DNA of 64,000 nt from Neoconidiobolus thromboides FSU 785 (lineage: Eukaryota; Fungi; Entomophthoromycota): NCBI GenBank assembly GCA_025603075.1, contig MU626272.1, forward strand, positions 129,634 through 193,633. The letters are read 5' to 3'. The notes under the pieces were generated by a model. That model was given only the letters and a program-made list of their open reading frames with translations. It made no database searches and had not been told where the DNA came from. Made by a program: the position numbers and the translations under genes. Shown in pieces: positions 12,456 through 25,620 of the stretch; positions within the stretch are counted from its first letter, which is position 1; every line of letters starts with the position of its first letter.

Positions 12456-14591
12456 TTAATTCTTCTTCTTTCTATAATGTCTAGTATCGGTAGGAGCAAA
12501 CCCTTGTTCATCTGATCCAAATAGAGCCCAATCCGGTGTTTTAGCACAATAGTCTAAAGAAGTAAAAGGTTTACCCTCTTCCACCAATTGATGGAATTTG
12601 TCATAATCAATCCAAGTGTACCAACCATCTTCTCTCTTGAACTTTTTATTGGTCATTAAAATAGATACAGAATGAGCATGTTCACACGAAATATCGTAGA
12701 TATTGTCTTCACCTAATTCTTTTTGAATTTGTTCTACAAAATGAATTACTTCATTATGATAAGGTACATTTTCCATAGTTAAGCCAGAGGTGGCACCAAA
12801 ACCACAAAAAGTAACTCCTTTAATTTCAATAAAATCTGGTTTACCACGTAAAATTAATTCCGCATAATTCTTAATTTCTTCAGTATTATATGATTTAACT
12901 AAAGTTAATCGATAAACAGTACGTTGACCTTTACGACTCAATGCATCTAAAGAATCTAAAAAGCGTTCCCAGAAATCACGGAATAATGGTCGGTCCACCT
13001 TTTTTAAACTTTCTTTAGTAGCTGCATCCACACTAACATATAATTGAGTCACTGGAACTAATTCAGCAATTTTATCTGGGAACTGAGCATTAGTCACCAA
13101 GAAACTGGATATTTTTTTAGAATGTAATAAAGAAACAAATTCGTTAATATGTGGATACATAATAGGTTCACCAACAAGAGATAAAGCACAATGTTTAATT
13201 TGAAATGCCTCTTCAAATCTTTCAGGTAAAACACCAGGTACACCTCGCATTTGTTTGATCATTTGATAATGATTTTGCATAGCACCATCTAAAATAAACT
13301 TAGGATCATCTAAATTCCATCGCCATTCAGTACCTACTGGGTTAGTATGATGTCTCCAACAGAAAACACACTTATTAGCACAAGCTAAACTAGGGGTAGT
13401 TTCCATACAAAGATGACTTTTAATTCCATAAAAAGCATGTTTATAACAATAACCTCGACCACGTAAAGCTGCTTTTGTCCATCGACACATTTTTACACCA
13501 GAATGAGTACCAACAATTTTATAACCTTGTTTCGTTAATGATTTATGTAACATTGGATTAACCATATCTCTTAACGGTCTTGGTTTGACTTCTTCCTCGC
13601 CATTAGAGCCTATATTCCGTTTTGGGTTACCACTTTGATTTAATAACATATCATCATCTTCTTGACGTTCTTTTTTAGCCTTAGAAATATTTTTTGCGAT
13701 TTTACCAATATCTTCTAAATCAACCATTTCATCTTCAGATAATTCAACTGAATTATTACTATCATCATCTGAAGTAACATAATTTTCAATATCAATTTCA
13801 ATATCTTGTTCGGTAGCTAATAAAGCGGGACGTAATTTCGATAACCATTCATTAAAACTTTTTTCTTGATCTAATTGTTTATCACCTTGGCCAATATAAT
13901 AAATTCGATTAGCTCCCAAAGCTTTTAAACATTTATCTAAATGCAAAGCAGTTTGGTTAAATTCATTACTGTAAGCCGAATCTCCAAGTCCAAATATTAT
14001 ATATTTTAAATGATGTAAACTTCCTTTTCCTACTCGCCAATCATGTTTCGCTTCTTCTAACCATTTTAAAAACCAATCATAGGGAGCTTCGACATTGTAA
14101 CTAGATAAGATAAATGCAACAGTACACTTTTCATCTACAAGGTTCTCCGGATCATAATCAACGATGTCCAAGGTCTTTGGATTAAATTCAGTTAGGTCCT
14201 TCTCCGCTTTTTCGGCAAATTTTTTAGCTGTTCCTGTCATACCACTGTAAACAATTTTAATATTATCTTTCTAATGTTTATTTATTTATTAGTTTACTAA
14301 AAATAAAAATAAAAATATTTAAACCTTTACCTTACAACAAACGCCCCCTGTAGAACAACCATTGTTATTACATGATTTTTCTTCTTCTTTTTCAATAACT
14401 GTCTCGTTTGATTTTACTTTTTCTTTTTTAATGGATTTATTTTCTTTTTTATTTTCTTTTTTATTTTCTTTTTTAAAATAATTGGTCAATAAAAGAGAGC
14501 GATGTAACACATAAGATGTAATTATAATAGCCCCAGTAGCTAATAATATATTTCTTGGATCAAAACCAAATAAATTGGATTCAAGTCCCAT
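12456..14591 (-). CDS. TYW1: tRNA 4-demethylwyosine synthase Tyw1 (flavodoxin plus radical SAM), 2 exons
   Basis: Exon 14591-14331 (TM anchor) joins exon 14270-12456 in frame (CCK-KDNIKIVYSGMTGTAKKFA). Flavodoxin domain (FGLGDSAY), KMCRWTK, ACANKCVFCWRH radical SAM motif. Confidence 0.96.
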
Positions 14592-16139
14592 TTTTAAATA
14601 TTTCTTTTGAGTAAAAAAAATAAAATCAAACTCAAAGTTTGAATCTTTGGTTTTAGAGCTCGAGGTTTTAGTTAAGATTATCAGCAGCCAATGAAATCCA
14701 GGTTAATTGCTAGCTTTTTTTGAGACAATTTTTCCAAATTAAGTAGGTTGGATTTAACTTAATGTCCCATAAACACTTACGTGGCAAATCTTTAAAATAT
14801 CAAAAAGCAAAAAACTAGTACTAACACAAGATCCAGGTACTAATTCTTCCAATCTTTCAATCTTTTAATAACCCTATCATCTTTATTTTTCTGCTAACAC
14901 TTTCTCAGTAAACGTTTTTTCTCAATTATGTTTTATTCCCTTGACAATTTATTGGGGTTGACCTTATTCTATTTGAAGTAAAAGCCATTGTTGAAAAGTT
15001 TAAAAAAAGAAAAGCTATCAATTCTAAGCCTTTCATTTAAGTAAATTGGAAATTTGATAATAAACAGCCTATATTCCTGTAAGATAACATATTGATATTT
15101 ATTGAAGAAAATTCAATTATAACAATACATAGTCTTGTTAGAACTAACACATTCATTTTTATTTACTCTTATCTCAAAAACTCATAAAATTACAAACAAA
15201 AAGTCAAATCAATATTATTATAAACATGCTTATCAACGATCGCTCTACTAAAATATAATCATCTAACACATTTCCTCAAGATAAATCCAGTACTATTATC
15301 ACTACTATAAATAATAAATCTAAATCACTCCTAGAGAACGAAATATATTACAATCTTATATTTATGGAGCACTATTTGATTTAACTACTTTAGATTTGAC
15401 TTCTCCCATGTTATTTAAAAATCAAACCATTACTACCTCAGAAGAAATATATTTAATTATTAGTCATTTTGGTCTAAAATATAATTGTTAACTAATATGA
15501 TTGATAAGCATCATATTGAATTAAGGTTTCCTGATGAAAATAATTAAAAAGGAGTTGTAATTGAGAAATTGGAAGTTCCAACTAGTAAAATGAAGTTTTA
15601 TTTATCAGAAGATAATTAACTAGTATTATTTATATGATTATTCATTCTTAAATGAAGTAACTCATACTATTTTTATCAGTTATTAGTAATTTTGTATCGA
15701 CGAATCTCTTTTATTTTTTGTTAGGTTAAAAGTGGGCTTAAAAAAGTGACTGTAAATATAAATATAATTTTTTCGAAGAAAAATTGGCTTGAGAAACAGT
15801 TATTAACAAATTTTTAAATTTTGTAAATGTTTATAAAAATAATAAAGTGTAATACTGTGATAAGAAAAAATATTATTTGTTAAGTAGAAAAATATAGCAT
15901 AATATATCAAAAATTATTTATTTTACAAGTGTAAAATTCCACCTCTTTTATTCGAAATTATCATTATAAAATCAACTTGATAAAAATAGCCATAATTACA
16001 ATAACGTTAAAAGTGAAACGATATGGATTGAATAAAAATCCCATAAAATTTTAAATCTGAGATTCAAAATTCTATCAAAAAATACTTCAAACAAAACTCA
16101 AATAGCCATCTGTTATAAAAAGTCTATTCAACTTCAACA

Positions 16140-18281
16140 ATGCCTGATCCATTTTTTAAAGCAAGCAAAAGTGACTCCAAGAAATCGAATAACAGTTTAC
16201 AGAAACGAAAAAGAAAAGGAAATAATATTAATGAGAATGAGAAAAGTCTTAAAAGCAATAATAAAAACTTAGAAGAAGATGTAACTGAGTCAAGTGAAGG
16301 GGAGGAAGGGGAAGAGGATTATGATAGTGAAGAAAATAATGAAACTGCAGAAGAAAAAAGGTTACGTTTAGCTAAAGAATATTTAAAAGGATTAAAAGAA
16401 GGATTTGGTAAGTAGAAATTCAGCTACTATTTAAACATGAATAAATATTGATTAAAATTAGTTGGTGATGAGTTAGAAGTTGATGCCAAAGAAATTGATC
16501 GTGATATTATTACACAAAGATTATTAAAGGATTCGGTAATATCTATTTTAAACATTGTTGGGTTCTGAGTTTTAATATTATATATAATACTAGTTAGAAG
16601 CAGAAAATAAATTATACTTTAAAATAGCTGAACAGGTAATTGAGTTCTGTTTATTAAGTTAAAATTTAGTTAATAAAAAACAAAGATACCTGATCTTGAA
16701 TCTTTTACAATAAGAGTAAAAAAAGCCCACCAGTTAGCAGTTACTTGTGTTGAAGTAGATATCACCAGAAATCGTATTATTACTGGATCAAAGGATGCAT
16801 CTATTATTATATGTAAGTTTGTTTTTATAGAAATAATAATAGTAATAAGGTTATTTTGGTTTTGGGTTCAATTAATAATTTATTTATTTTTTATATAGGG
16901 GATTTTAATACATTTCAAAAAATACATACATTTCCAGGTGGCAGGAGAGAATTAAAAAAATTTGAAGGACATACCAAACCTATATTATCAATGGCACTTT
17001 CATTTGATGGGAAATTACTAGTAATTTTAAAAAATATTAGCTTCGTAAATTGAACTAAATTAATATTATTTATACTTTATTTAATAGGCATCAGGTGGGA
17101 GGGATAACAAAATTATTATTTGGGATTTGGAAAGTTTAAATTACAAGGGTCAATTTATTCAGCATAAAGATGCTGTTTCAGTAAGAACAATATAAATATG
17201 AGTATGTATATTTATATACTTATATTTAATTATTAGGGCCTTACTTTTCGATTAAATTCGTATGATTTATATTCTTGTTCATTTGATCGAACTATTAAAG
17301 TATGGAATGCAGAAGAAATGAGTTATATTGAAACATTGTAAATCATATATATTATATAGTTAACTTATAGCTTATTTTTTGTATTTATTAATTTAGATTT
17401 GGACATCAAGATCATATTTATGATATTCAAGCATTATCTAAAGAACAATGTGTTACTAGTGGAGCAAGAGATAAAACAGTTCGATTATGGAAAATTATTG
17501 AACAAACTCAATTGGTATTTAGGGCAGGTATGACTACCAAATCAACCGAAAACAAAGATAAAAATAGTAGAGAAATCGATCAAGAAGAAAATGAAACTAA
17601 AGAATCAACTCAAAATAAAGAAGGTATAATAAAGTATGTTGAAGGCTCAGTAGACAAAGTATGTATGCTAGATGAAGTGAATTTTATCTCTGGTGGAGAT
17701 TCTGGAAATTTATGTGTTTGGAATACAAATAAAAAAAAACCTAGTTTTACACTTCCGTTAGCACATGGTTTAAATCCATTAAATCAACAGCCTAATTTGA
17801 TTACGGCAGTGGCTTGTTTCCCATTTACAGATTTAGTAGCTTCAGGTAAATTTTTTTTACATGTTAATTAAGATGTAAAGTTAATAAAAAATTCATCATT
17901 TAGGTTCGACTGATGGCTATTTAAGATTATGGAAAGCTAATTTTGGACAAAAAAGAATACTTGAACCTATTACAAAGGTTCCTATGGTAAGTTTCTATTT
18001 AGATTACAATCGCAATTCAATAATAATTTAATATTTTTATTTAATAGGAAGGCTTTATAAATTCAATAAAAATTAGTACCAAAGATAGTAAACATCATAA
18101 AATGATAACAAAAAAAGGAGAAGGAGTAGAAGGAAATGAAGAGAAAGAAAGCATTAAATATAATATTGTAGTTGGTCTTGGGCAAGAATCATCATATGGA
18201 AGATGGGATATCAATAAAAATTGCAAGAATCGTATTGTAGTAGTGGAAGTTCCACTTATAGGGAATCCAAAATCGGTTTAA
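16140..18281 (+). CDS. RRP9: U3 snoRNP WD40 protein Rrp9 (U3-55K), multi-exon
   Basis: MPDPFFK start, ETAEEKRLRLAKEYL, ITGSKDASII, FEGHTKPILSMALSFDGK, LFGHQD, TSGARDKTVRLWKIIEQTQLVFRAG, GQESSYGRW near the end. Confidence 0.93.
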
Positions 18282-18505
18282 GTGAAGTGAAAAGATAATG
18301 AAGTGAGGGTTTTAGAAGGAACAGAATTTTATAGAGTTTTTAATATATATTTTTATTATAAATAAACAAAAAATATATTTTATTTAGTTAAATATTTATT
18401 TTAGATATAAAAATAAAATTTTATTAAAAATAACTCAAAAAAAGTAAGTAATAAAACTTGATTTTTATTAATAACTAATACTCTAAAAAACTATTCTTCC
18501 TATAT

Positions 18506-19204
18506 TTATCTACCTAAAATAGCATTAGATCTATTAGCCAAAATAAGTTTGTGTAATTCTAATTTCTTAGCCAATACAGAACTTTCTCCATTCATAATGG
18601 CAATCAATTCATTAGCGAATTTTTCACTAGCAGATCTATTTTTTCTTTTCATTGCAGCAGTCAATATCCAATTAATACCAATTCTATTTCTTTTTCTTTG
18701 ACTAATAGCTCTTGGAACTTGTACTGTTTTACTACCTACTTTTGAACTTTTAGTTTTCATTAATGGACTTGCTTTTTCTACTGCACTAGTTAATACTAAA
18801 TATGGATCCGATAATGTTCTTTGTCGGATTAAAAATAAAGTTTTATTCACTATTTTTTCCGCTTTTGATTTTTCTCCATTTTTCATTACAAGATTGACAA
18901 AAAGAGATAATAATGGATCTCTTTTTAAGGATAATCGTTCAGCATCAGTAAGTTTATCACTTTCTCCTAATTGGGATAAGCTGGTGATTTTACGTTCGGC
19001 GGAAGCAGTAACCTTGGTTTCTGAAACTGTTGAAGTTGCTTCTACTTTATTTGCATGTGCTTCTTTTGGTTGAATAGTTAATTTAGACAAATCATTTAAT
19101 AATTTATCAGCATCAGTTGATACAGTAGATAAACATCTATAAGAGGACAATACGGTGATCCTTGTAATATTGGTTTTTAATAAATTGGAAGTTAATCTAT
19201 TCAT
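18506..19204 (-). CDS. RSM7: Mitochondrial ribosomal protein uS7m
   Basis: DPLLSLFVNLVMKNGEKSKAEKI..VQVPRAISQRKRNRIGINWIL..LANRSNA is the uS7 fold. The real start is probably MNRLTS (ATG 19204), a presequence-like N-terminus, not the longer ORF start at 19429. Confidence 0.9.
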   Translation of the reverse strand: MNRLTSNLLKTNITRITVLSSYRCLSTVSTDADKLLNDLSKLTIQPKEAHANKVEATSTVSETKVTASAERKITSLSQLGESDKLTDAERLSLKRDPLLSLFVNLVMKNGEKSKAEKIVNKTLFLIRQRTLSDPYLVLTSAVEKASPLMKTKSSKVGSKTVQVPRAISQRKRNRIGINWILTAAMKRKNRSASEKFANELIAIMNGESSVLAKKLELHKLILANRSNAILGR

Positions 19205-19516
19205 TTTTATCGTTGTTATTAAAAACAGTATTAATGTTGATAAAATTAAGTATTTTGGTATTAGGTTTGATATTAGGTTTAGGATTACTTTGGGTTTAAT
19301 TGGTTTTATGGGTTTTTTTATAAAATTGGTTGGTTTAATTTGTGCAAATATTGAGTTTACGAGTGTAATTTCTTCTCTTATTGGTTTACTTTTCATTGCA
19401 AACATTCCTTCATTCATCTTCAATTTCAATTTCGACTATTATTGGCCAACTCAACGATTAAATTTAATATCTAATAGATAATCTAGAATTTGAAATTTAA
19501 TTAGATTTTATAAAAG

Positions 19517-20069
19517 ATGATGAATCGTATTAGCACAAGTTTAAGATTATCAAGTTTAGCTAGTCGTAGCAGTCGAGTATTACGTGGCGGAGGAGGTGGC
19601 GGTTATCCATATAATGAACCTGGAGGTAGATTATTTAATGAAAAAGTAAGTTAACGATGATTTTCTTAAGCTAATTACATTATAAAAAAAGTATACATTA
19701 ATTCTTTTTTACAAAAAAGTTATAATATTTTTTGACTAATATTTTCATATCAATTAGCCTTTACAGCCCGGAGAAAAAAGAGTCAAAGAAGAATGGGAGG
19801 GTATTTGGTTTTGGGGTTGGACAGCTTTTTTTACTATTGGTTTTGTTGGATATTATTATAAACCAGATAACAGGTAATTTTATTAATTTAATTTATTAAT
19901 TTACCACTATAAGTAGATGTTACTCAATGAAATAAAAGTTAATCTAACAAATTGTAGTATTTCCACTTGGGCTTATCATGAAGCTAAAAGACGTATGGAA
20001 GAACGTGGTGAAAATTGGGATTATGAACGTACTCCAATCTCTACTGAATTTTTACCAAAGAAGGAATAA
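19517..20069 (+). CDS. NDUFB11: Complex I accessory subunit NDUFB11/ESSS, 3 exons (missed by ORF track)
   Basis: MMNRISTSLRLSSLASRSSRVLRGGGGGGYPYNEPGGRLFNEK-PLQPGEKRVKEEWEGIWFWGWTAFFTIGFVGYYYKPDN-SISTWAYHEAKRRMEERGE...*, matching the ESSS signature (KEDWE..W / YKPD.SI.TWA..EA..R). Confidence 0.88.
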
Positions 20070-20245
20070 GTAGTTGAGCTAACAACTAATTTTTTTATAA
20101 AAAGAAATTGATACCTTATAATATGTAGTAAGATTGAGTTTTAATTTCTGATTTTGTTATTTACTTTTTTTGTGTAAATTGTTAATTATTTTTCATAACT
20201 TTATTTATTATAAATAGAAACAGATACTTTAAAAATTTAGTATAT

Positions 20246-20342
20246 GGGGATGCATTTTTGGGTTCAAGAAATTTACTAATAAATTTTCCATCTAAATAGT
20301 GCTTGGAAGGTGGAAAAAGTAATGAAACAAAAAAAACCTCCC
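20246..20342 (+). mobile_element. MITE family A copy 5
   Basis: Flanks ATAT / ATAC; lies between the 3' ends of NDUFB11 and COX15. Confidence 0.85.
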
Positions 20343-20500
20343 ATACTGTTTGTTATTATTATTATTTAGTCAGCTTATTATTTTAACCTATACTTAATGT
20401 TAAGTATAATTAAAACTAAGAAGTTATTTTGTAGTATTATTTCAAAGAAAGTATTTTAAAATTAAAAACTGAAAATTAGGCTTTAGTTAACTTCTAATAT

Positions 20501-20546
20501 TTATTTTATTTTATTTTATTTTATTTTATTTTATTTTTCTTGATTT
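20501..20546. repeat. (TTTTA)n microsatellite
   Basis: About 8 tandem units immediately downstream of the COX15 stop. Confidence 0.8.
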
Positions 20547-22196
20547 ATTTAGGCAAACGTCTTAAAAGATGAACCAAGTATAAATTAGAAGATAACAAAG
20601 CTAATGAACCCGATTGATGAGCAGCAGCTAAAGGAACAGGTACCAAATATAATAAAGTACTGATGCCTAAACTAACTTGTAATAAACTAATTGCCATCAT
20701 AGCATTAACAGCCATTCTAGTTCTTGGTGGTAATATCAATTTACGTGAATGAATATATAAAGCTAATATAGTACTAAAAGTTGTAGTTGCCTAAGACAAT
20801 AAAAAACGTCCATTAATAAAATAATTCCAACTAACTTAACTATTCACAAGTAACTTACCAATAATCTATGATTGAACTGTACTGTAGTTGGATTATCAAA
20901 GATATTACGCCACATACCATCTGGATTACTACCATTAGGTAATACTTCTAAGTTTTTACTATTGGAGTATAGTGGAGACCACATTTCATCAGAAGGTGGG
21001 ATAATACTATCTCCCATATAGGGGAAGGAATTGTAAATCATACCGGCATCTAAACCAGCTACAAAGGCACCTATTTAGGAGTTTAAGTTGATTTATTTTG
21101 ATATTGATTGAAATATTATAAGTAGGCTAAATTACCTGATAAAGCAGTTAAAGAAACCAAACTAAGGGTAATCAAACTAAATGAACGAAAGCGTTGTAAT
21201 TTAGGATCTAATAAAGGGTCTAAAAATCTCTATGAAAAATAAAGTAAAATAAATAAAAAACATACAAAAATGATAAGTTAGCTTACTTTTTGTTGTTTTA
21301 AATTAAACTTATTATCTTTTAAGATTTCTAGTCCAGTAACTAAAAATCCTGAAAACAATAGAAAGGCAGCTCCTAAATGAGAAGCTAAACGATATTGACT
21401 AACTCTTGGTACTGCATTAGGATCTTTCATTAATTCTTCACTTAACCCAGATTTCACCATATACCAACCTAAGGCACCCTATAAGAATAGCATTAATATT
21501 GATATTAACTACGTTTAATAAATCAAGTATTACTTGAAACCCAATTAAAGCACCTAAAGTTAAACACCTCTTTGCCATTTGTTTTGTCATCATCTTTTTT
21601 TTATAAAAAATAATAGCAGGTACAATAAAAGCAATGCCAATAGCTCTACCCCAAACTCTATGTAACCATTCCATAAAAAAGATGAATTTAAACTCTTCAA
21701 TATCCATAAATTGATTTAATTTTTTAAATTCAGGATATTGTTTATATTTTTCGAACTCAGCTTCCCATTCTTGAGGATTCATGGGAGGTTTGATCCCTTT
21801 TATCAAATTCCATTCAACTATAGATAATCCGCTTTCAGTTAATCGAGTGAGACCACCAATAACTACAATACCAACTACAAGACCACCCATGAATAACATC
21901 CAATAGCCTACTTTTTTGTGATTATATTCAACTTCTAATACTTTAGAGTTGATCTTTGAATTACTTTGGGTTTTATCAATACTATTTAATTCATTTTGAG
22001 TAGTTGTATCTATGGTAGTTAACATGCGAGATGATATTAAACGGTGAATGTTTTTAGATTTAAAAGTAGTAGTTGTAGTAGTTGCTTTGATAGTACTTAA
22101 TAGTTTAATATTATTAGCGTTACTGTGAGAAATTGGATTTAATCTCAATTTTAATGTGGTTGGCACCAGTCTACTTTTTATTGCTTTGAATAACAT
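20545..22196 (-). CDS. COX15: Heme A synthase Cox15, multi-exon
   Basis: [85 protein letters not shown]; mitochondrial presequence. Confidence 0.96.
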
Positions 22197-22739
22197 TTTT
22201 TGATTTTTTGATTTTTAAAAAAAAGATGAAGTTTGATATTTTTTGATTTTTTGGGTTTTTGGTTTGATTCAATCTTTCGATCTTTTAAATTCATCTAATC
22301 TGCCAAAGATCTTAACTATTATTTGTGGACTAAGTTTTATATTCTTTTCAAATTATCTTTTGTAGAAAAAGAGTTATTCTATTTTTTATACATGTAAAGT
22401 TTAATTTTATTTGTTTATTAGTTGCTATGTTTTAGAAATATGTAGCATAACAAACAAACAAACAATATATTAAAATTTGTAATGTTTGTTTTAAAGATTA
22501 TATAAAACTCTTTTTTTTCTTAGTGAAAATATTAACAAGTATTATTGATTGCAATATCAAACTTATTTTATGATTAGAATGAAAAGTGATTTCGTAGTCA
22601 AAACAACTTACTACTGCAATCGATATCATTATAGGTATTCTACTTAACTGGTAGAGCAGTGATTTATCAATTTTCGAAAAGGATCTAAGTCTAAATAGAG
22701 ATTTAATTCTTTTCAACTTTTTGCAATTTTAGTCTTGAT

Positions 22740-23330
22740 ATGAATAAGGTATTCAAACTTGAGAACCTTGTAAAGATTGTAGTTGAAGACATTATATCAT
22801 TCAAATAAGATGAAGTCAATTTATTAATATGTTGTAAACAATTGAATAAAACAATGTTACTGAGATTAGGGGAAGGCATATCACCAGAGCACAATGATAA
22901 ATATAGAGTAGAGGCAATTGAAGACTCAAAAATATGAATATCATATTAAGCTTTTACGCTTTAAAATATATGATGTCTTTCCAACTCAATCTTCAATGTA
23001 TCCAAATAGTACAAAATTGTATACCCATTTAGACAACTATTTGACTGAAAGAGACAAGTCAAAAATATTCCATTGATGGGTGTTCATTATACCAATAATA
23101 TCAATTGTTAACTAATTGAAGAATGTGTAGTTAGAAAAGAACTTTGTATTAAAAAAGTACTGCAACATTAAAGACATTCGGAAATATAGAACCTAAACAA
23201 ATATTCTAAAATAGCAATTACAACAGTACCACCTCGGACCATAAGTTATTTAGCAATTAGATTTAGATGTAAAAGTGAAGTGCCTTGTTTTCAAAATCCG
23301 TGGAATAAACTTAATAATTTAAAGGTTTCT
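22740..23330 (+). pseudogene. Decayed coding remnant, possibly F-box/LRR-like
   Basis: MNKVFKLENLVKIVVEDIISFK*DEVNLLICCKQLNKTML resembles an F-box helix pattern, followed by frameshifted coding-like segments. Family assignment is weak. Confidence 0.25.
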
Positions 23331-25282
23331 TAAGCAACATTCTTTTACTTAGGGTGTCTCAATAATATGTTAAATATACAATTTTCTCAATTAAAAAATT
23401 GGATATGAAACATATAAAAATTAGAAATATTGAATATATATATATAAATTTCAACAATTATCCAAAGCATGGAATATTTTATTATAATGGTTATCATAAA
23501 TAACACTCAAAGGAGTATCAACTTTAAAAGAACTCTCTTTGCATCATTTCGATCCATCTAAAGTAATTATGAACAACCAAACATTTACAAAATCAAATCA
23601 ATTAAGTTTAAAATATTATATCAGGTTTTCTTTTAAACTTTCTTATTCAATATTTAGTACATCAGCAATAACATATCTAAGTATGGTTATGAATGATAAT
23701 ACAATATTCTTGATTAAGAATGTTTATCCCCAAAAGAGTAATAATATAATAACTTTAAAGATTCATTATCCTGCTTTAGGAGTCGGTTTTTAAATTTTAT
23801 ATATACTTCATGTCCAAACTTATATAGACTTTATATATACAAAGTTGCAATTTTACTGACGATTCATTATTTGTGAGTAGCAGAAAGAAATGTACAATAA
23901 ATCATGATCTAATAAATATAGAATTTAATGATGATTTTACTTCCAATTCTAATGTCTTTATAGATTATGTTTTAACCTGTTATAAAAACATAAAATCGTT
24001 CTATACTATAAATTACAGTGATAGTTTAGCAGAATATATAAAGATAACTCAATTTTCTGCAATAGATGAATTCATATCACATTTAATTATATACGGCCTG
24101 GTTTCTATATAAACTGACAGCTCAATATTAGTTTTTCATATTTATACTACAAGTACTCATTATTTGTTAGAACTGGAACTACCAGCTTTTCATTTTTTCT
24201 GATTGAAAAAATCTATCTATGCTGAATTGAAAATACTTAGGTATTTTACTTGAATAAATACAAATCTTAGGTCTTTTGATTAAGACATATGGTATTATAC
24301 ATAGTTTTATTTTGGATATGTTTTTCTCAATTATGAATCTAAGGCATTGAAATTCTAGCTTAAAAAACAATAAAGTAAAAAAGTATTACAAGGTTTTTGT
24401 TCAACATTAAATTTTGTTATTAATGTTATTAAAAGTAAGTAGATTAATGTATAAATAGCATAATTTGTTTTTTCAATCATTTTTCTATTTTTAAGCTTAA
24501 AGTTAAAAGTTATGAAATATAAGTTTACATACTTTTATAATAGTAGTATATATATCTATTATACAATGAAAGTATTTGAACATAAATTCCAACCTTTAAA
24601 CTATTTTTTGAAGGAATATATACATTAAAAAAACGTAACTTTTGTGATATAACCTTTTAAAGTAACTAGAGTTCGATTTTGCAGAATCCCACTCAAAGCT
24701 ATCCCCTAAAATTTAAATTTGTTTTGTAGTTATTTAATTGGTCATAATTCTTTCCTGCTGAATACTAAAAGGGTTTAAGATTGTTTTTCTATTTCTTTGA
24801 CTACAAAATCGATCTTAGTTTGAGAAGCTAAAAGGAAATAATATTTGAGTAATTATATTCTATTTTTTAATCGCTTCAATGAGAAAACAGCAATCATGAC
24901 TCGTTTACTTCATAGTTAACAATAATGATTTTTACAAATAATTTAATAATTTATTATTAATTCAAGTATTACTTCGATACTTAATTACAATGATGAAATA
25001 AAAATAGATCAGGTACTGATGAGACTTAAGTTTATTGTTTAACCTCGCTATTACTTGAGTAAGGCGGTTGTTTTCCTTTTATAATCACTTATGTCAGCTA
25101 TGGACGACGGTTTTTATAAATAAGCAATGAATTAACCTATTTTCTGAGTAATTATGTTTTTTGATACTTAATTAACAATATTTTTGTTTATTCTAATTTC
25201 CATTTAATAAAAAAAAACTACATAATTTCGATCCTTTTAACATTTCTATTTATAACTTATTAAACCTCATATTGGTAACAAA

Positions 25283-25379
25283 GAAGATGTATTTCTGTGT
25301 TTAAGAATTTTACTATAAGTTTTTTCGTTCAGATAGCGCTTGAAAGGTGGAAAAAGTGATGGAGTCAAAAAACATCACC
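25283..25379 (+). mobile_element. MITE family A copy 6 (left TIR mutated to GAAGATGT)
   Basis: Internal sequence matches the family; right end ACATCACC-ATAT. Confidence 0.85.
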
Positions 25380-25620
25380 ATATTATATTTAAATAGCTAA
25401 ATCTATTATATTCAGCAAAAAATAAAGAATTTTTTACTGACAACTATTTGCGTCTTAATCAAGCAGATTAAGAGAGAGGGCATTTCAAAGGTGAATTTTA
25501 ACTAAAGAGATAAAAGTTTGACAATCACTTAATCATATAGTAATAGTTTTTCAAAAATAATTATCAGTTGATGAAGCAAAAATAACAATAAAATTAACAA
25601 CCGTTTAATGTATATTCAAC

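Noticed and set aside
18506-19429. 307-aa version of RSM7
   Set aside because: The 5' extension is AT-rich promoter sequence shared with NDUFB11; ATG 19204 gives a normal presequence.
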